NCBI GenBank assembly: GCA_039621445.1
Contig: CP154954.1
Location: 35,077,703 to 35,141,702 of the forward strand
Length of the DNA: 64,000 bases
Origin: Euglena gracilis
Taxonomy: Eukaryota
Direction of reading: 5' to 3'
How positions within the stretch are numbered: position 1 is the stretch's first letter; each line of letters starts with the position of its first letter. Under the pieces are notes generated by a model, which worked only from the letters and a program-made list of their open reading frames with translations, ran no database searches and was not told the origin of the DNA. Shown one piece after another: positions 52,631-64,000 of the stretch. The position numbers and the translations under genes are program-made.

Positions 52631-55600
52631 AAAAAAAAAAAACAAAAACACTTTGGTCAATGTGGCCTTGGCCAGGGACACTTTGGTCAAAGTGGCCTTC
52701 GCCAGGGACACTTTGGTCAACGTTGCCTTGGCCAGGGACACTTTGGTCAAAGTGGCCTTGGCCAGGGACACTTTGGTCAAAGTGGCCTTGGCCAGGGACA
52801 CTTTGGTCAAAGTGGCCTTGGCCAGGGACACTTTGATCGAAGTGGCCTTGGCCAGGGACACTTTGGTCAAAGTGGCCTTGGCCAGGGGCACTTCGGTCGA
52901 AGTGGCCTTGGCCAGGGACCCTTTGGTCAAAGTTGCCTTGGCCAGGGACACTTTGGTCAACGTGGCCTTGACCAGGGACACTTTGGTCAAAGTGGCCTTG
53001 GCCAGGGACACTTTGGTCAAAGTGGCCTTGTCCAGGGACACTTTGGTCAAATTTGCCTTGGCCAGGGACACTTTGGTCAATGTGGCCTTGGCCAGGGACA
53101 CTGTGGTCAAAGTGGCCTTGGCCAGGGACACTTTGGTCAAAGTGGCCTTGGCCAGGACACCTTGGTCAAAGTGGCCTTGGCCAGGGATCCTTTGGTCAAA
53201 GTGGCCTTGGCCAGGGACACTTTGGTCAAAGTGGCATTGGCCAGGGACACTTTGGTCAAAGTGCCCTTGGCCAGGGACACTTTGGTCAAAGTGGCCTTGG
53301 CCAGGGACACTTTGGTCAAAGTGGCCTTCGCCAGGGACACTTTGGTCAAAGTTGCCTTGGCCAGGGACACTTTGGTCAAAGTGGCCTTGGCCAGGGACAC
53401 TTTGGTCAAAGTGGCCTTGGCCAGGGACACTTTGGTCAAAGTGGCCTTGGCCAGGGACAGTTTGGTCAAATTTGCCTTGGCAAGGGACACTTTGGTCAAC
53501 GTGGCCTTGGCCAGGGACACTTTGGTCAAAGTGGCCTTGGCCAGGGACAGTTTGGTCAAAGTGGCCTTGGCCACGGACACCTTGGTCAAAGTGGCCTTGA
53601 CCAGGGACACTTTGGTCAATGTGGCCTTGGCCAGGGACACTTTGGTCAAAGTGGCCTTCGCCAGGGACACTTTGGTCAACGTTGCCTTGGCCAGGGACAC
53701 TTTGGTCAAAGTGGCCTTGGCCAGGGACACTTTGGTCAAAGTGGCCTTTGCCAGGGACACTTTGGTCAAAGTGGTCTTGGCCAGGGACACTTTGGTCAAA
53801 GTGGCCTTGGCCAGGGACACTTTGGTCGAAGTGGCCTTGGAAAGGGACAGTTTAATCAAAGTGGCCTTGGCCAAGGACACTTTGGTCAAAGTGGCCTTGG
53901 CCAGTGACACCTTGGTCAAAGTGGCCTTGGCCAGGGACACTTTGGTCAAAGTGGCCTTGGCCAGGGACAGTTTGGTCAAATTCGCCTTGGCCAGGGACAC
54001 CTTGGTCAAAGTGGCCTTGGCCAGGGACACTTTGGTCAAAGTGGCCTTGGCCAGGGACACTTTGGTCAAAGTGGCCTTGGCCAGGGACACTTTGGTCAAA
54101 GTGGCCTTGGCCAGGGACACTTTGGTCAACGTGGCCTTGGCCAGGGACACTTTGGTCAAAGTGGCCTTGGCCAGGGACACTTTGGTCAAAGTGGCCTTGG
54201 CCAGGGACACTTTGGTCAAAGTGGCCTTGGCCAGTGACACCTTGGTCAAAGTGGCCTTGGCCAGGGACACTTTGGTCAAAGTGGTCTTGGCCAGGGACAG
54301 TTTGGTCAAATTTGCCTTGGCCAGGGACACTTTGGTCAAAGTGGCCTTGGCCAGGGACACTTTGGTCAAAGTGGCCTTGGCCAGGGACACTTTGGTCAAA
54401 GTGGCCTTGGCCAGGGACACTTTGGTCAAAGTGGCCTTGGCCAGGGACACTTTGGTCAAAGTGGCCTTATCCAGGGACACTTTGGTCAAATTCGCCTTGG
54501 CCAGGGACACCTTGGTCAAAGTGGCCTTGGCCAGGGACACTTTGGTCAAAGTGGCCTTGGCCAGGGACACTTTGGTCAAAGTGGCCTTGGCCAGGGACAC
54601 TTTGGTCAAAGTTGCCTTGGCCAGGGACACTTTGGTCAAAGTGGCCTTGGCCAGGGACACTTTGGTCAAAGTTGCCTTGACCAGGGACACTTTGGTCAAC
54701 GTGGCCTTGGCCAGGGACACTGTGGTCAAAGTGGCCTTGGCCAGGGACACTTTGGTCAAAGTGGCCTTGGCCAGGGACACTTTGGTCAAAGTGGCCTTGG
54801 CCAGGGACACTTTGGTCAAAGTGGCCTTGGCCAGGGACACTTTGGTCAAAGTGGCCTTGGCCAGGGACAGTTTGGTCAAATTTGCCTTGGCCAGGGACAC
54901 TTTGGTCAAAGTGGCCTTGACCAGGGACACTTTGGTCAATGTGGCCTTGGCCAAGGACACTTTGGTCAAAGTGGCCTTCGCCAGGGACACTTTGGTCAAC
55001 GTTGCCTTGGCCAGGGACACTTTGGTCAAAGTGGCTTTGGCCAGGGACACTTTGGTCAAAGTGGCCTTTGCCAGGGACACTTTGGTCAAAGTGGCCTTGG
55101 CCAGGGACACTTTGGTCAAAGTGGCCTTGGCCAGGAACACTTTGGTCGAAGTGGCCTTGGAAAGGGACAGTTTGGTCAAAGTGGCCTTGGCCAAGGACAC
55201 TTTGGTCAAAGTGGCCTTGGCCAGGGACACTTTGGTCAAAGTGGTCTTGGCCAGGGACACTTTGGTCAAAGTGGCCTTGGCCAGGTCACACTTTGGTCAA
55301 AGTGGCCTTGGCCAGGGACACTTTGGTCAAAGTGGCCTTGGCCAGGGACACTTTGGTCAACGTGGCCTTGGCCAGGGACACTTTGATCGAAGTGGCCTTG
55401 GCCAGGGACACTTTGGTCAAAGTGGCCTTGGCCAGGGGCACTTCGGTCGAAGTGGCCTTGGCCAGGGACCCTTTGGTCAAAGTTGCCTTGGCCAGGGACA
55501 CTTTGGTCAACGTGGCCTTGACCAGGGACACTTTGGTCAAAGTGGCCTTGGCCAGGGACACTTTGGTCAAAGTGGCCTTGGCCAGGGACACTTTGGTCAA

Positions 55601-58600
55601 ATTTGCCTTGGCCAGGGACACTTTGGTCAAAGTGGCCTTGGCCAGGGACACTGTGGTCAAAGTGGCCTTGGCCAGGGACACTTTGGTCAAAGTGGCCTTG
55701 GCCAGGACACCTTGGTCAAAGTGGCCTTGGCCAGGGATCCTTTGGTCAAAGTGGCCTTGGCCAGGGACACTTTGGTCAAAGTGGCATTGGCCAGGGACAC
55801 TTTGGTCAAAGTGGCCTTGGCCAGGGACACTTTGGTCAAAGTGGCCTTGGCCAGGGACACTTTGGTCAAAGTGGCCTTCGCCAGGGACACTTTGGTCAAA
55901 GTTGCCTTGGCCAGGGACACTTTGGTCAAAGTGGCCTTGGCCAGTGACACCTTGGTCAAAGTGGCCTTGGCCAGGGACACTTTGGTCAAAGTGGCCTTGG
56001 CCAGGGACAGTTTGGTCAAATTTGCCTTGGCAAGGGACACTTTGGTCAACGTGGCCTTGGCCAGGGACACTTTGGTCAAAGTGGCCTTGGCCAGGGACAG
56101 TTTGGTCAAAGTGGCCTTGGCCACGGACACCTTGGTCAAAGTGGCCTTGACCAGGGACACTTTGGTCAATGTGGCCTTGGCCAGGGACACTTTGGTCAAA
56201 GTGGCCTTGGCCAGGGACACTTTGGTCAAAGTTGCCTTGGCCAGGGACACTTTGGTCAAAGTGGCCTTGGCCAGGGACACTTTGGTAAAAGTGGCCTTGG
56301 CCAGGGACACTTTGGTCAACGTGGCCTTGGCCAGGGACACTTTGGTCGAAGTGGCCTTGGCCAGGGACACTTTGGTCAAAGTGGCCTTGGCCAGGGGCAC
56401 TTCGGTCGAAGTGGCCTTGGCCAGGGACACTTTGGTCAAAGTTGCCTTGGCCAGGGACACTTTGGTCAAAGTGGCCTTGGCCAGGGACACTTTGGTCAAA
56501 GTGGCCTTGGCCAGGGACACTTTGGTCAAAGTGGCCTTGGCCAGGGACACTTTGGTCAAAGTGGCCTTGGCCAGGGACACTTTGGTCAAAGTGGCCTTGG
56601 CCAGGGACACTTTGGTCAAAGTGGCCTTGGCCAGGGACACTTTGGTCAAAGTGGCCTTGGCCAGGGACACTTTGGTCAAAGTGGCCTTGGCCAGGGACAC
56701 TTTGGTCAAAGTGGCCTTGGCCAGGGACACTTTGGTCAAAGTGGCCTTGGCCAGGGACACTTTGGTCAAAGTGCCTTGGCCAGGGACACTTTGGTCAAAG
56801 TGGCCTTGGCCAGGGACACTTTGGTCAAAGTGGCCTTGGCCAGGGACACTTTGGTCAAAGTCGCCTTGGCCAGGGACACTTTGGTCAAAGTGGCCTTGGC
56901 CAGGGACACTTTGGTCAAAGTGGCCTTGGCCAGGGACCCTTTGGTCAAAGGGGGCTTGGCCAGGGACCGTTTTGTCCACGGTGGCCTTGGCCAGGGACAC
57001 TTTGGTCAAAGTGGCCTTGGCCAGGGACACTTTGGTCAAAGTGGCCTTGGCCAGGGACAGTTTGGTCAAAGTGGCCTTGGCCAGGGACACTTTGGTCAAA
57101 GTGGCCTTGGCCAGGGACACTTTGGTCAAAGTGGCCTTGGCCAGGGACACTTTGGTCAAAGTGGCCTTGGCCAGGGACACTTTGGTCAAAGTGGCCTTGG
57201 CCAGGGACACTTTGGTCAAAGTGGCCTTGGCCAGGGACACTTTGGTCAAAGTGGCCTTGGCCAGGGACACTTTGGTCAAAGTGGCCTTGGCCAGGGACAC
57301 TTTGGTCAAAGTGGCCTTGGCCAGGGACACTTTGGTCTAAGTGGCCTTGGCCAGGGACAGTTTGGTCAAAGTGGCCTTGGCCAGGGACACTTTGGTCAAA
57401 GTGGCCTTGGCCAGGGACACTTTGGTCAAAGTGGCCTTGGCCAGGGACACTTTGGTCAAAGTGGCCTTGGCCAGGGACACTTTGGTCAAAGTGGCCTTGG
57501 CCAGGGACACTTTGGTCAAAGTGGCCTTGGCCAGGGACACTTTGGTCAACGTGGCCTTGGCCAGGGACACTTTGATCGAAGTGGCCTTGGCCAGGGACAC
57601 TTTGGTCAAAGTGGCCTTGGCCAGGGGCACTTCGGTCGAAGTGGCCTTGGCCAGGGACACTTTGGTCAAAGTTGCCTTGGCCAGGGACACTTTGGTCAAC
57701 GTGGCCTTGACCAGGGACACTTTGGTCAAAGTGGCCTTGGCCAGGGACACTTTGGTCAAAGTGGCCTTGTCCAGGGACACTTTGGTCAAATTTGCCTTGG
57801 CCAGGGACACTTTGGTCAATGTGGCCTTGGCCAGGGACACTGTGGTCAAAGTGGCCTTGGCCAGGGACACTTTGGTCAAAGTGGCCTTGGCCAGGACACC
57901 TTGGTCAAAGTGGCCTTGGCCAGGGATCCTTTGGTCAAAGTGGCCTTGGCCAGACACTTTGGTCAAAGTGGCATTGGCCAGGGACACTTTGGTCAAAGTG
58001 CCCTTGGACAGGGACACTTTGGTCAAAGTGGCCTTGGCCAGGGACACTTTGGTCAAAGTGGCCTTCGCCAGGGACACTTTGGTCAAAGTGGCCTTGGCCA
58101 GGGACACTTTGGTCAAAGTGGCCTTTGCCAGGGACACTGTGGTCAAAGTGGCCTTGGCCAGGGACACTTTGGTCAAAGTGCCCTTGGCCAGGGACACTTT
58201 GGTCAAAGTGACTTTGTCCAGGGACACTTTGGTCAAATTTGCCTTGGCCAGGGACACTTTGGTCAAAGCGGCCTTGGCCAGGGATCCTTTTGTCAAAGTG
58301 GCCTTGGCCAGGGACACTTTGGTCAAAGTGGCCTTGGCCAGGGACACTTTGGTCAAAGTGGCCTTGGCCACGGACACTTTGGTCAAAGTGGCCTTGGCCA
58401 GGGACAATTTGGTCAAAGTGGCCTTGGCCAGGGACACTTTGGTCAAAGTGGCCTTTGCCAGGGACACTGTGGTCAAAGTGGCCTTGGCCAGGGACACTTT
58501 GGTCAAAGTGCCCTTGGCCAGGGACACTTTGGTCAAAGTGACTTTGTCCAGGGACACTTTGGTCAAATTTGCCTTGGCCAGGGACACTTTGGTCAAAGAG

Positions 58601-60091
58601 GCCTTGGCCAGGGATCCTTTTGTCAAAGTGGCCTTGGCCAGGGACACTTTGGTCAAAGTGGCCTTGGCCAGGGACACTTTGGTCAAAGTGGCCTTGGCCA
58701 GGGACACTTTGGTCAAAGTGGCCTTGGCCAGGGACACTTTGGTCAAAGTGTCCTTAGCCAGGTACACTTTGGTCAAAGTGGCCTTGGCCAGGGACACTTT
58801 GGTCAAAATGGCCTTCGCCAGGAACACTTTGGTCAAAGTGTCCTTAGCCAGGTACACTTTGGTCAAAGTGGCCTTGGCCAGGGACACTTTGGTCAAAGTG
58901 GCCTTGGCCAGGGACACTTTGGTCAAAGTGGCCTTGGCCAGGGACACTTTGGTCAAAGTGTCTTTGGCCAGGGACACTTTGGTCAAAGTGGCCTTCGCCA
59001 GAGACACTTTGGTCAAAGTTGCCTTGGCCAGGGACACTTTGGTCAAAGTGGCCTTGTCCAGGGACACTTTGGTCAAATTTGCCTTGGCCAGGGACACTTT
59101 GGTCAAAGTGGCCTTGGCCAGGGACACTTTGGTCAAAGTGGCCTTGGCCAGGGACATCTTGGTCAAAGTGGCCTTGGCCAGGGACACTTTGGTCAAAGTG
59201 GCCTTGTCCAGGGACACTTTGGTCAAAGTGGCCTTGGCCAGGGACACTTTGGTCAAAGTGACTTTGTCCAGGGACACTTTGGTCAAATTTGCCTTGGCCA
59301 GGGACACTTTGGTCAAAGCGGCCTTGGCCAGGGATCCTTTTGTCAAAGTGGTCCTGGCCAGGGACACTTTGGTCAAAGTGGCTTTGGCCAGGGACACTTT
59401 TGTCAAAGTGGCCTTGGCCAGGGACACTTTGGTCAAAGTGGCCTTGGCCAGGGACACTTTGGTCAAAGTGGCCTTGGCCAGGGACACTTTGGTCAAAGTG
59501 GCCTTGGCCAGGGACAGTTTGGTCAAAGTGGCCTTGGCCAGGGACACTTTGGTCAAAGTGGCCTTGGCCAGGGACACTTTGGTCAAAGTGGCCTTGGCCA
59601 GGGACAGTTTGGTCAAAGTGGCCTTGGCCAGGGACACTTTTGTCAAAGTGGCCTTGGCCAGGGACACTTTGGTCAAAGTGGCCTTCGCCAGGGACACTTT
59701 GGTCAAAGTTGCCTTGGCCAGGGACACTTTGGTTAAACGGCCTTGGCCAGGGACACTTTGGTCAAAGTGGCCTTCGCCAGGGACACTGTGGTCAAAGTGG
59801 CCTTGGCCAGGGACACTTTGGTCAAAGTGGCCTTGGCCAGGGACACTTTGGTCAAAGTGACCTTGGCCAGGGAAACCTTGGTCAAAGTGGCCTTGGCCAG
59901 GGACACTTTGGTCAAAGTGGCCTTGTCCAGGGACACTTCGGTCAAAGTGGCCTTGGCCAGGGACACTTTGGTCAAAATGGCCTTCGCCAGGAACACTTTG
60001 GTCAAAGTGTCCTTAGCCAGGTACACTTTGGTCAAAGTGGCATTGGCCAGGGACACTTTGGTCAAAGTGCCCTTGGCCAGGGACACTTTGG
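44633..60091 (-). repeat. 30-bp satellite block B, inverted, ~510 copies
   Basis: (CAAAGTGGCCTTGGCCAGGGACACTTTGGT)n. Switch points are ...CACTTTGAC|TTTGGTC (~44633) and GGGACACTTTG-GT-CAAAGTGTCCC (~60091). Confidence 0.99.
52537..52648 (+). other. ~110-bp A-rich tract interrupting the 30-bp array
   Basis: Nearly pure A with scattered C/G and no TSD. May be a sequencing or consensus artefact. Confidence 0.7.
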
Positions 60092-63000
60092 TCAAAGTGT
60101 CCCTGGCCAAGGCCACTTTGACCAAAGTGTCCCTGGCCAAGGCCACTTTGACCAAAGTGTCCCTGGCCAAGGCCACTTTGACGTAAGTGTCCCTGGCGAA
60201 GGCAACTTTGACCAAAGTGTCCCTGGCCAAGGCCACTTTGACCAAACTGTCCCTGGCCAAGGCCACGTTGACCAAAGTGACCCTGGCGAAGGCCACTTTG
60301 ACCAAAGTGTCCCTGGCGAAGGCCACTTTGACCAAAGTGTCCCTGGCGAAGGCCACTTTGACCAAAGTGTCCCTGGCCAAGGCTGTTTTGACCAAAGGAT
60401 CCCGGGCCAAGGCCACTTTGACCAAAGTGTCCCTGGCCAAGGCCACTTTGACGAAAGTGTCCCTGGCGAAGGCAACTTTGACCAAAGTGTCCCTGGTTAA
60501 GGCCACTTTGACCAAACTGTCCCTGGCCAAGGCCACTTTGACCAAAGTGTCCCTGGCCAAGGCCACTTTGACCAAAGTGTCCCTGGCCAAGGCCACTTTG
60601 ACCAAAGTGTCCCTGGCCAAGGCCACTTTGACCAAAGTGTCCCTGGCCAAGGCCACTTTGACCAAAGTGTCCCTGGCCAAGGCCACTTTGACCAAGGTGT
60701 CCCTGGGGAAAGCCACTTTGACCAAAGTGTCCCTGGCAAAGGCCACTTTGACAAAGGTGTCCCTTTCCAAGGCCACTTTGACCAAAGTGTCCCTGGCAAA
60801 GGCCACTTTGACCAAAGTGTCCATGGCCAAGGCCACTTTGACCAAAGTGTCCCTGGCCAAGGCCACCTTGACCAAAGTGTCCCTAGCCAAGGCCACTTTG
60901 ACCAAAGGTGTCCCTTTCCAAGGCCACTTTGACCAAAGTGTCCCTGGCGAAGGCCACTTTGACCAAAGTGTCCATGGCCAAGGCCACTTTGAACAAAGTG
61001 TTCCTGGCCAAGGCCACTTTGACCAAAGTGTCCCTGGCCAAGGCCACTTTGACCAAAGTGTCCCTGGCCAAGGCCACTTTGACCAAAGTGTCCCTGGCCA
61101 AGGCCACCTTGACCAAAGTGTCCCTAGCCAAGGCCACTTTGACCAAAGTGTCCCTGGCAAAGGCCACTTTGACCAAAGTGTCCCTGGCCAAGGCCACTTT
61201 TACCAAAGTGTGACCTGGCCACGGCCACTTTGACCAAACTGTCCCTTTCCAAGGCCACTTGGACCAAAGTGTCCCTGGCAATGGCCAATTTGACCAAAGT
61301 GTCCCTGGCCAAGGCCACTTTCACCAAAGTGTCCCTGGCCAAGGCCACTTTGACCAAAGTGCCCCGGCCAAGGCCACTTTGGCCAAAGTGTCCCTAGCCA
61401 AGGCCACTTTGACCAAAGTGTCCCTGGCCAAGGCCACATTGACCAAAGTGTCCCTGGCCAAGGCCACCTTGACCAAAGTGTCCCTAGCCAAGGCCACTTT
61501 GACCAAAGTGTCCCGGGCCAAGGCGACTTTGACCAAAGTGTCCCGGGCCAAGGCCACCTTGACCAAAGTGTCCCTGGTCAAGGCCACCTTGACCAAAGTG
61601 TCCCTGGCCAAGGCCACTTTGACCAAAGTGTGGCCTGGCCAAGGCCACTTTGACCAAAGTGTCCCTGGCCAAGGCCACTTTGACCAAAGTGTGACCTGGC
61701 CAAGGCCACTTTGACCAAAGTGTCCCTAGCCAAGGCCACTTTGACAAAAGTGTCCCTGGCCAAGGCCACTTTGCCCAAAGTGTCCCTGGCCAAGGCCACT
61801 TTGACCAAAGTGTTCCTGGCCAAGGCCACTTTGACCAAAGTGTCCCTGGCCAAGGCCACTTTGACCGAAGTGTCCCTGGCCAAGGCCACTTTGACCAAAG
61901 TGTCCCTGGCCAAGGCCACTTTGACCAAAGTGTCCCTGGCCAAGGCCACTTTGACCAAAGTGTCCCTGGCCAAGGCCACTTTGACCAAAGTGTCCCTGGC
62001 CAAGGCCACTTTGACCAAAGTGTCCCTGGCCAAGGCCACTTTGACCAAAGTGTCCCTGGCCAAGGCCACTTTGACCAAAGTGTCCCTGGCCAAGGCCACT
62101 TTGACCAAAGTGTCCCTGGCCAAGGCCACTTTGACCAAAGTGTCCCTGGCCAAGGCCACTTTGACCAAAGTGTCCCTGGCCAAGGCCACTTTGACCAAAG
62201 TGTCCCTACCCAAGGCCACTTTGACCAAAGTGTCCCTGGCCAAGGCCACTTTGACCAAAGTGTCCCTGGCCAAGGCCACTTTGACCAAAGTGTCCCTGGC
62301 CAAGGCCACTTTAACAAAGTGTCCCTGGCCAAGGCCACTTTGACCAAAGTGTCCCTGGCCAAGGCCACTTTGACCAAAGTGTCCCTGGCCAAGGCCACTT
62401 TGACCAAAGTGTCCCTGGCCAAGGCCACTTTGACCAAAGTGTCCCTGGCCAAGGCCACTTTGACCAAAGTGTCCCTGGCCAAGGCCACTTTGACCAAAGT
62501 GTCCCTGGCCAAGGCCACTTTGACCAAAGTGTCCCTGGCCAAGGCCACTTTGACCAAAGTGTCCCTGGCCAAGGCCACTTTGACCAAAGTGTCCCTGGCC
62601 AAGGCCACTTTGACCAAAGTGTCCCTGGCCAAGGCCACTTTGACCAAAGTGTCCCTGGCCAACGCCACTTTGACCAAAGTGTCCCTGGCCAAGGCCACTT
62701 TGACCAAAGTGTCCCTGGCCAAGGCCACTTTGACCAAAGTGTCCCTGGCCAAGGCCACTTTGACCAAAGTGTCCCTGGCGAAGGCCACTTTGACCAAAGT
62801 GTCCCTGGCGAAGGCCACTTTGACCAAAGTGTCCCTGGCCAAGGCTGTTTTGACCAAAGGATCCCGGGCCAAGGCCACTTTGACCAAAGTGTCCCTGGCC
62901 AAGGCCACTTTGACGAAAGTGTCCCTGGCGAAGGCAACTTTGACCAAAGTGTCCCTGGTTAAGGCCACTTTGACCAAACTGTCCCTGGCCAAGGCCACTT

Positions 63001-64000
63001 TGACCAAAGTGTCCCTGGCCAAGGCCACTTTGACCAAAGTGTCCCTGGCCAAGGCCACTTTGACCAAAGTGTCCCTGGCCAAGGCCACTTTGACCAAAGT
63101 GTCCCTGGCCAAGGCCACTTTGACCAAAGTGTCCCTGGCCAAGGCCACTTTGACCAAAGTGTCCCTGGGGAAAGCCACTTTGACCAAAGTGTCCCTGGCA
63201 AAGGCCACTTTGACAAAGGTGTCCCTTTCCAAGGCCACTTTGACCAAAGTGTCCCTGGCGAAGGCCACTTTGACCAAAGTGTCCCTGGCCAAGGCCACTT
63301 TGACCAAAGTGTCCCTGGGCAAGGCCACTTTGACCAAAGTGTCCCTGGCCAAGGCCACTTTGACCAAAGTGTCCCTTGCCAAGGCCACTTTGACCAAAGT
63401 GTCCGTGGCCAAGGCCACCTTGACCAAAGTGTCCCTGGCCAAGGCCACCTTGACCAAAGTGTCCCTGGCAAAGGCCACTTTGACCAAAGTGTCCCTGGCA
63501 AAGGTCACTTTGACCAAAGTGTCCCTGGCCAAGGCCACTTTGACCAAAGTGTCCCTGGCCAAGGCCACTTTGACCAAAGTGTCCCTGGCCAAGGCCACTT
63601 TGACCAAAGTGTCCCTGGCCAAGGCCACTTTGACCAAAGTGTCCCTGGCCAAGGCCACTTTTACCAAAGTGTGACCTGGCCACGGCCACTTTGACCAAAC
63701 TGTCCCTTTCCAAGGCCACTTGGACCAAAGTGTCCCTGGCAATGGCCAATTTGACCAAAGTGTCCCTGGCCAAGGCCACTTTGACCAAAGTGCCCCCGCC
63801 AAGGCCACTTTGGCCAAAGTGTCCCTAGCCAACGCCACTTTGACCAAAGTGTCCCTGGCCAAGGCCACATTGACCAAAGTGTCCCTGGCCAAGGCCACCT
63901 TGACCAAAGTGTCCCTAGCCAAGGCCACTTTGACCAAAGTGTCCCGGGCCAAGGCGACTTTGACCAAAGTGTCCCGGGCCAAGGCCACCTTGACCAAAGT
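60092..64000 (+). repeat. 30-bp satellite block C, ~130 copies (runs off the right edge), with a ~2461-bp duplication
   Basis: Forward monomers. The variant GGCTGTTTTGACCAAAGGATCCCGGG occurs at ~60381 and ~62843; TACCAAAGTGTGACCTGGCCACGG occurs at 61201 and 63662. Confidence 0.99.

Noticed and set aside
56935-56985. Locally degenerate 30-bp units (similar patch in the 213-mer at ~10100-10150)
   Set aside because: Clustered substitutions within otherwise clean sequence look like low-quality consensus rather than biology.
39754-63997. Very long ORFs (up to 1735 aa) of GQGHFGQSGL / TKVSLAKATL / WSKWPWPGTL repeats
   Set aside because: The 30-bp unit is stop-free in 5 of 6 frames. ORFs overlap on both strands, change frame at 1-bp indels, cross inversions, and have no unique domains.
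39851-64000. CRISPR array (30-bp palindromic repeat)
   Set aside because: The repeats are directly adjacent with no unique spacers, and no cas genes or leader are present.

Overview
The window is almost entirely non-coding, eukaryote-style satellite DNA. I cannot support any protein-coding gene, RNA gene or CRISPR array, and the taxon cannot be determined from the sequence. Layout: (1) A 213-bp satellite in three orientation blocks: forward 1-13578, reverse 13579-24412, forward 25117-39850. (2) A 704-bp unique spacer (24413-25116) between two outward-facing arrays. Both arrays stop at the identical nucleotide and carry the same non-consensus cap (CAAA|GGAGTAAGGCCC). (3) A ~3.46-kb composite insertion (26581-30043) made of two ~780-bp direct repeats, each carrying a 66-bp inverted-repeat arm, around a GC-rich minisatellite. 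(4) A 30-bp quasi-palindromic satellite (39851-64000) with two inversions and an A-rich interruption. All long ORFs in the track are by-products of repeat units whose length is a multiple of 3. The most interesting signal is that the 213-bp monomer looks like a MITE-like unit (GAGTAA...TTACTC) arrayed head-to-tail, and the arrays have defined termini and mirror-ordered variants. This suggests a giant foldback-like mobile element built from satellite; that reading is inference. One monomer has also captured a 76-bp fragment with strong coding-like GC3 bias.
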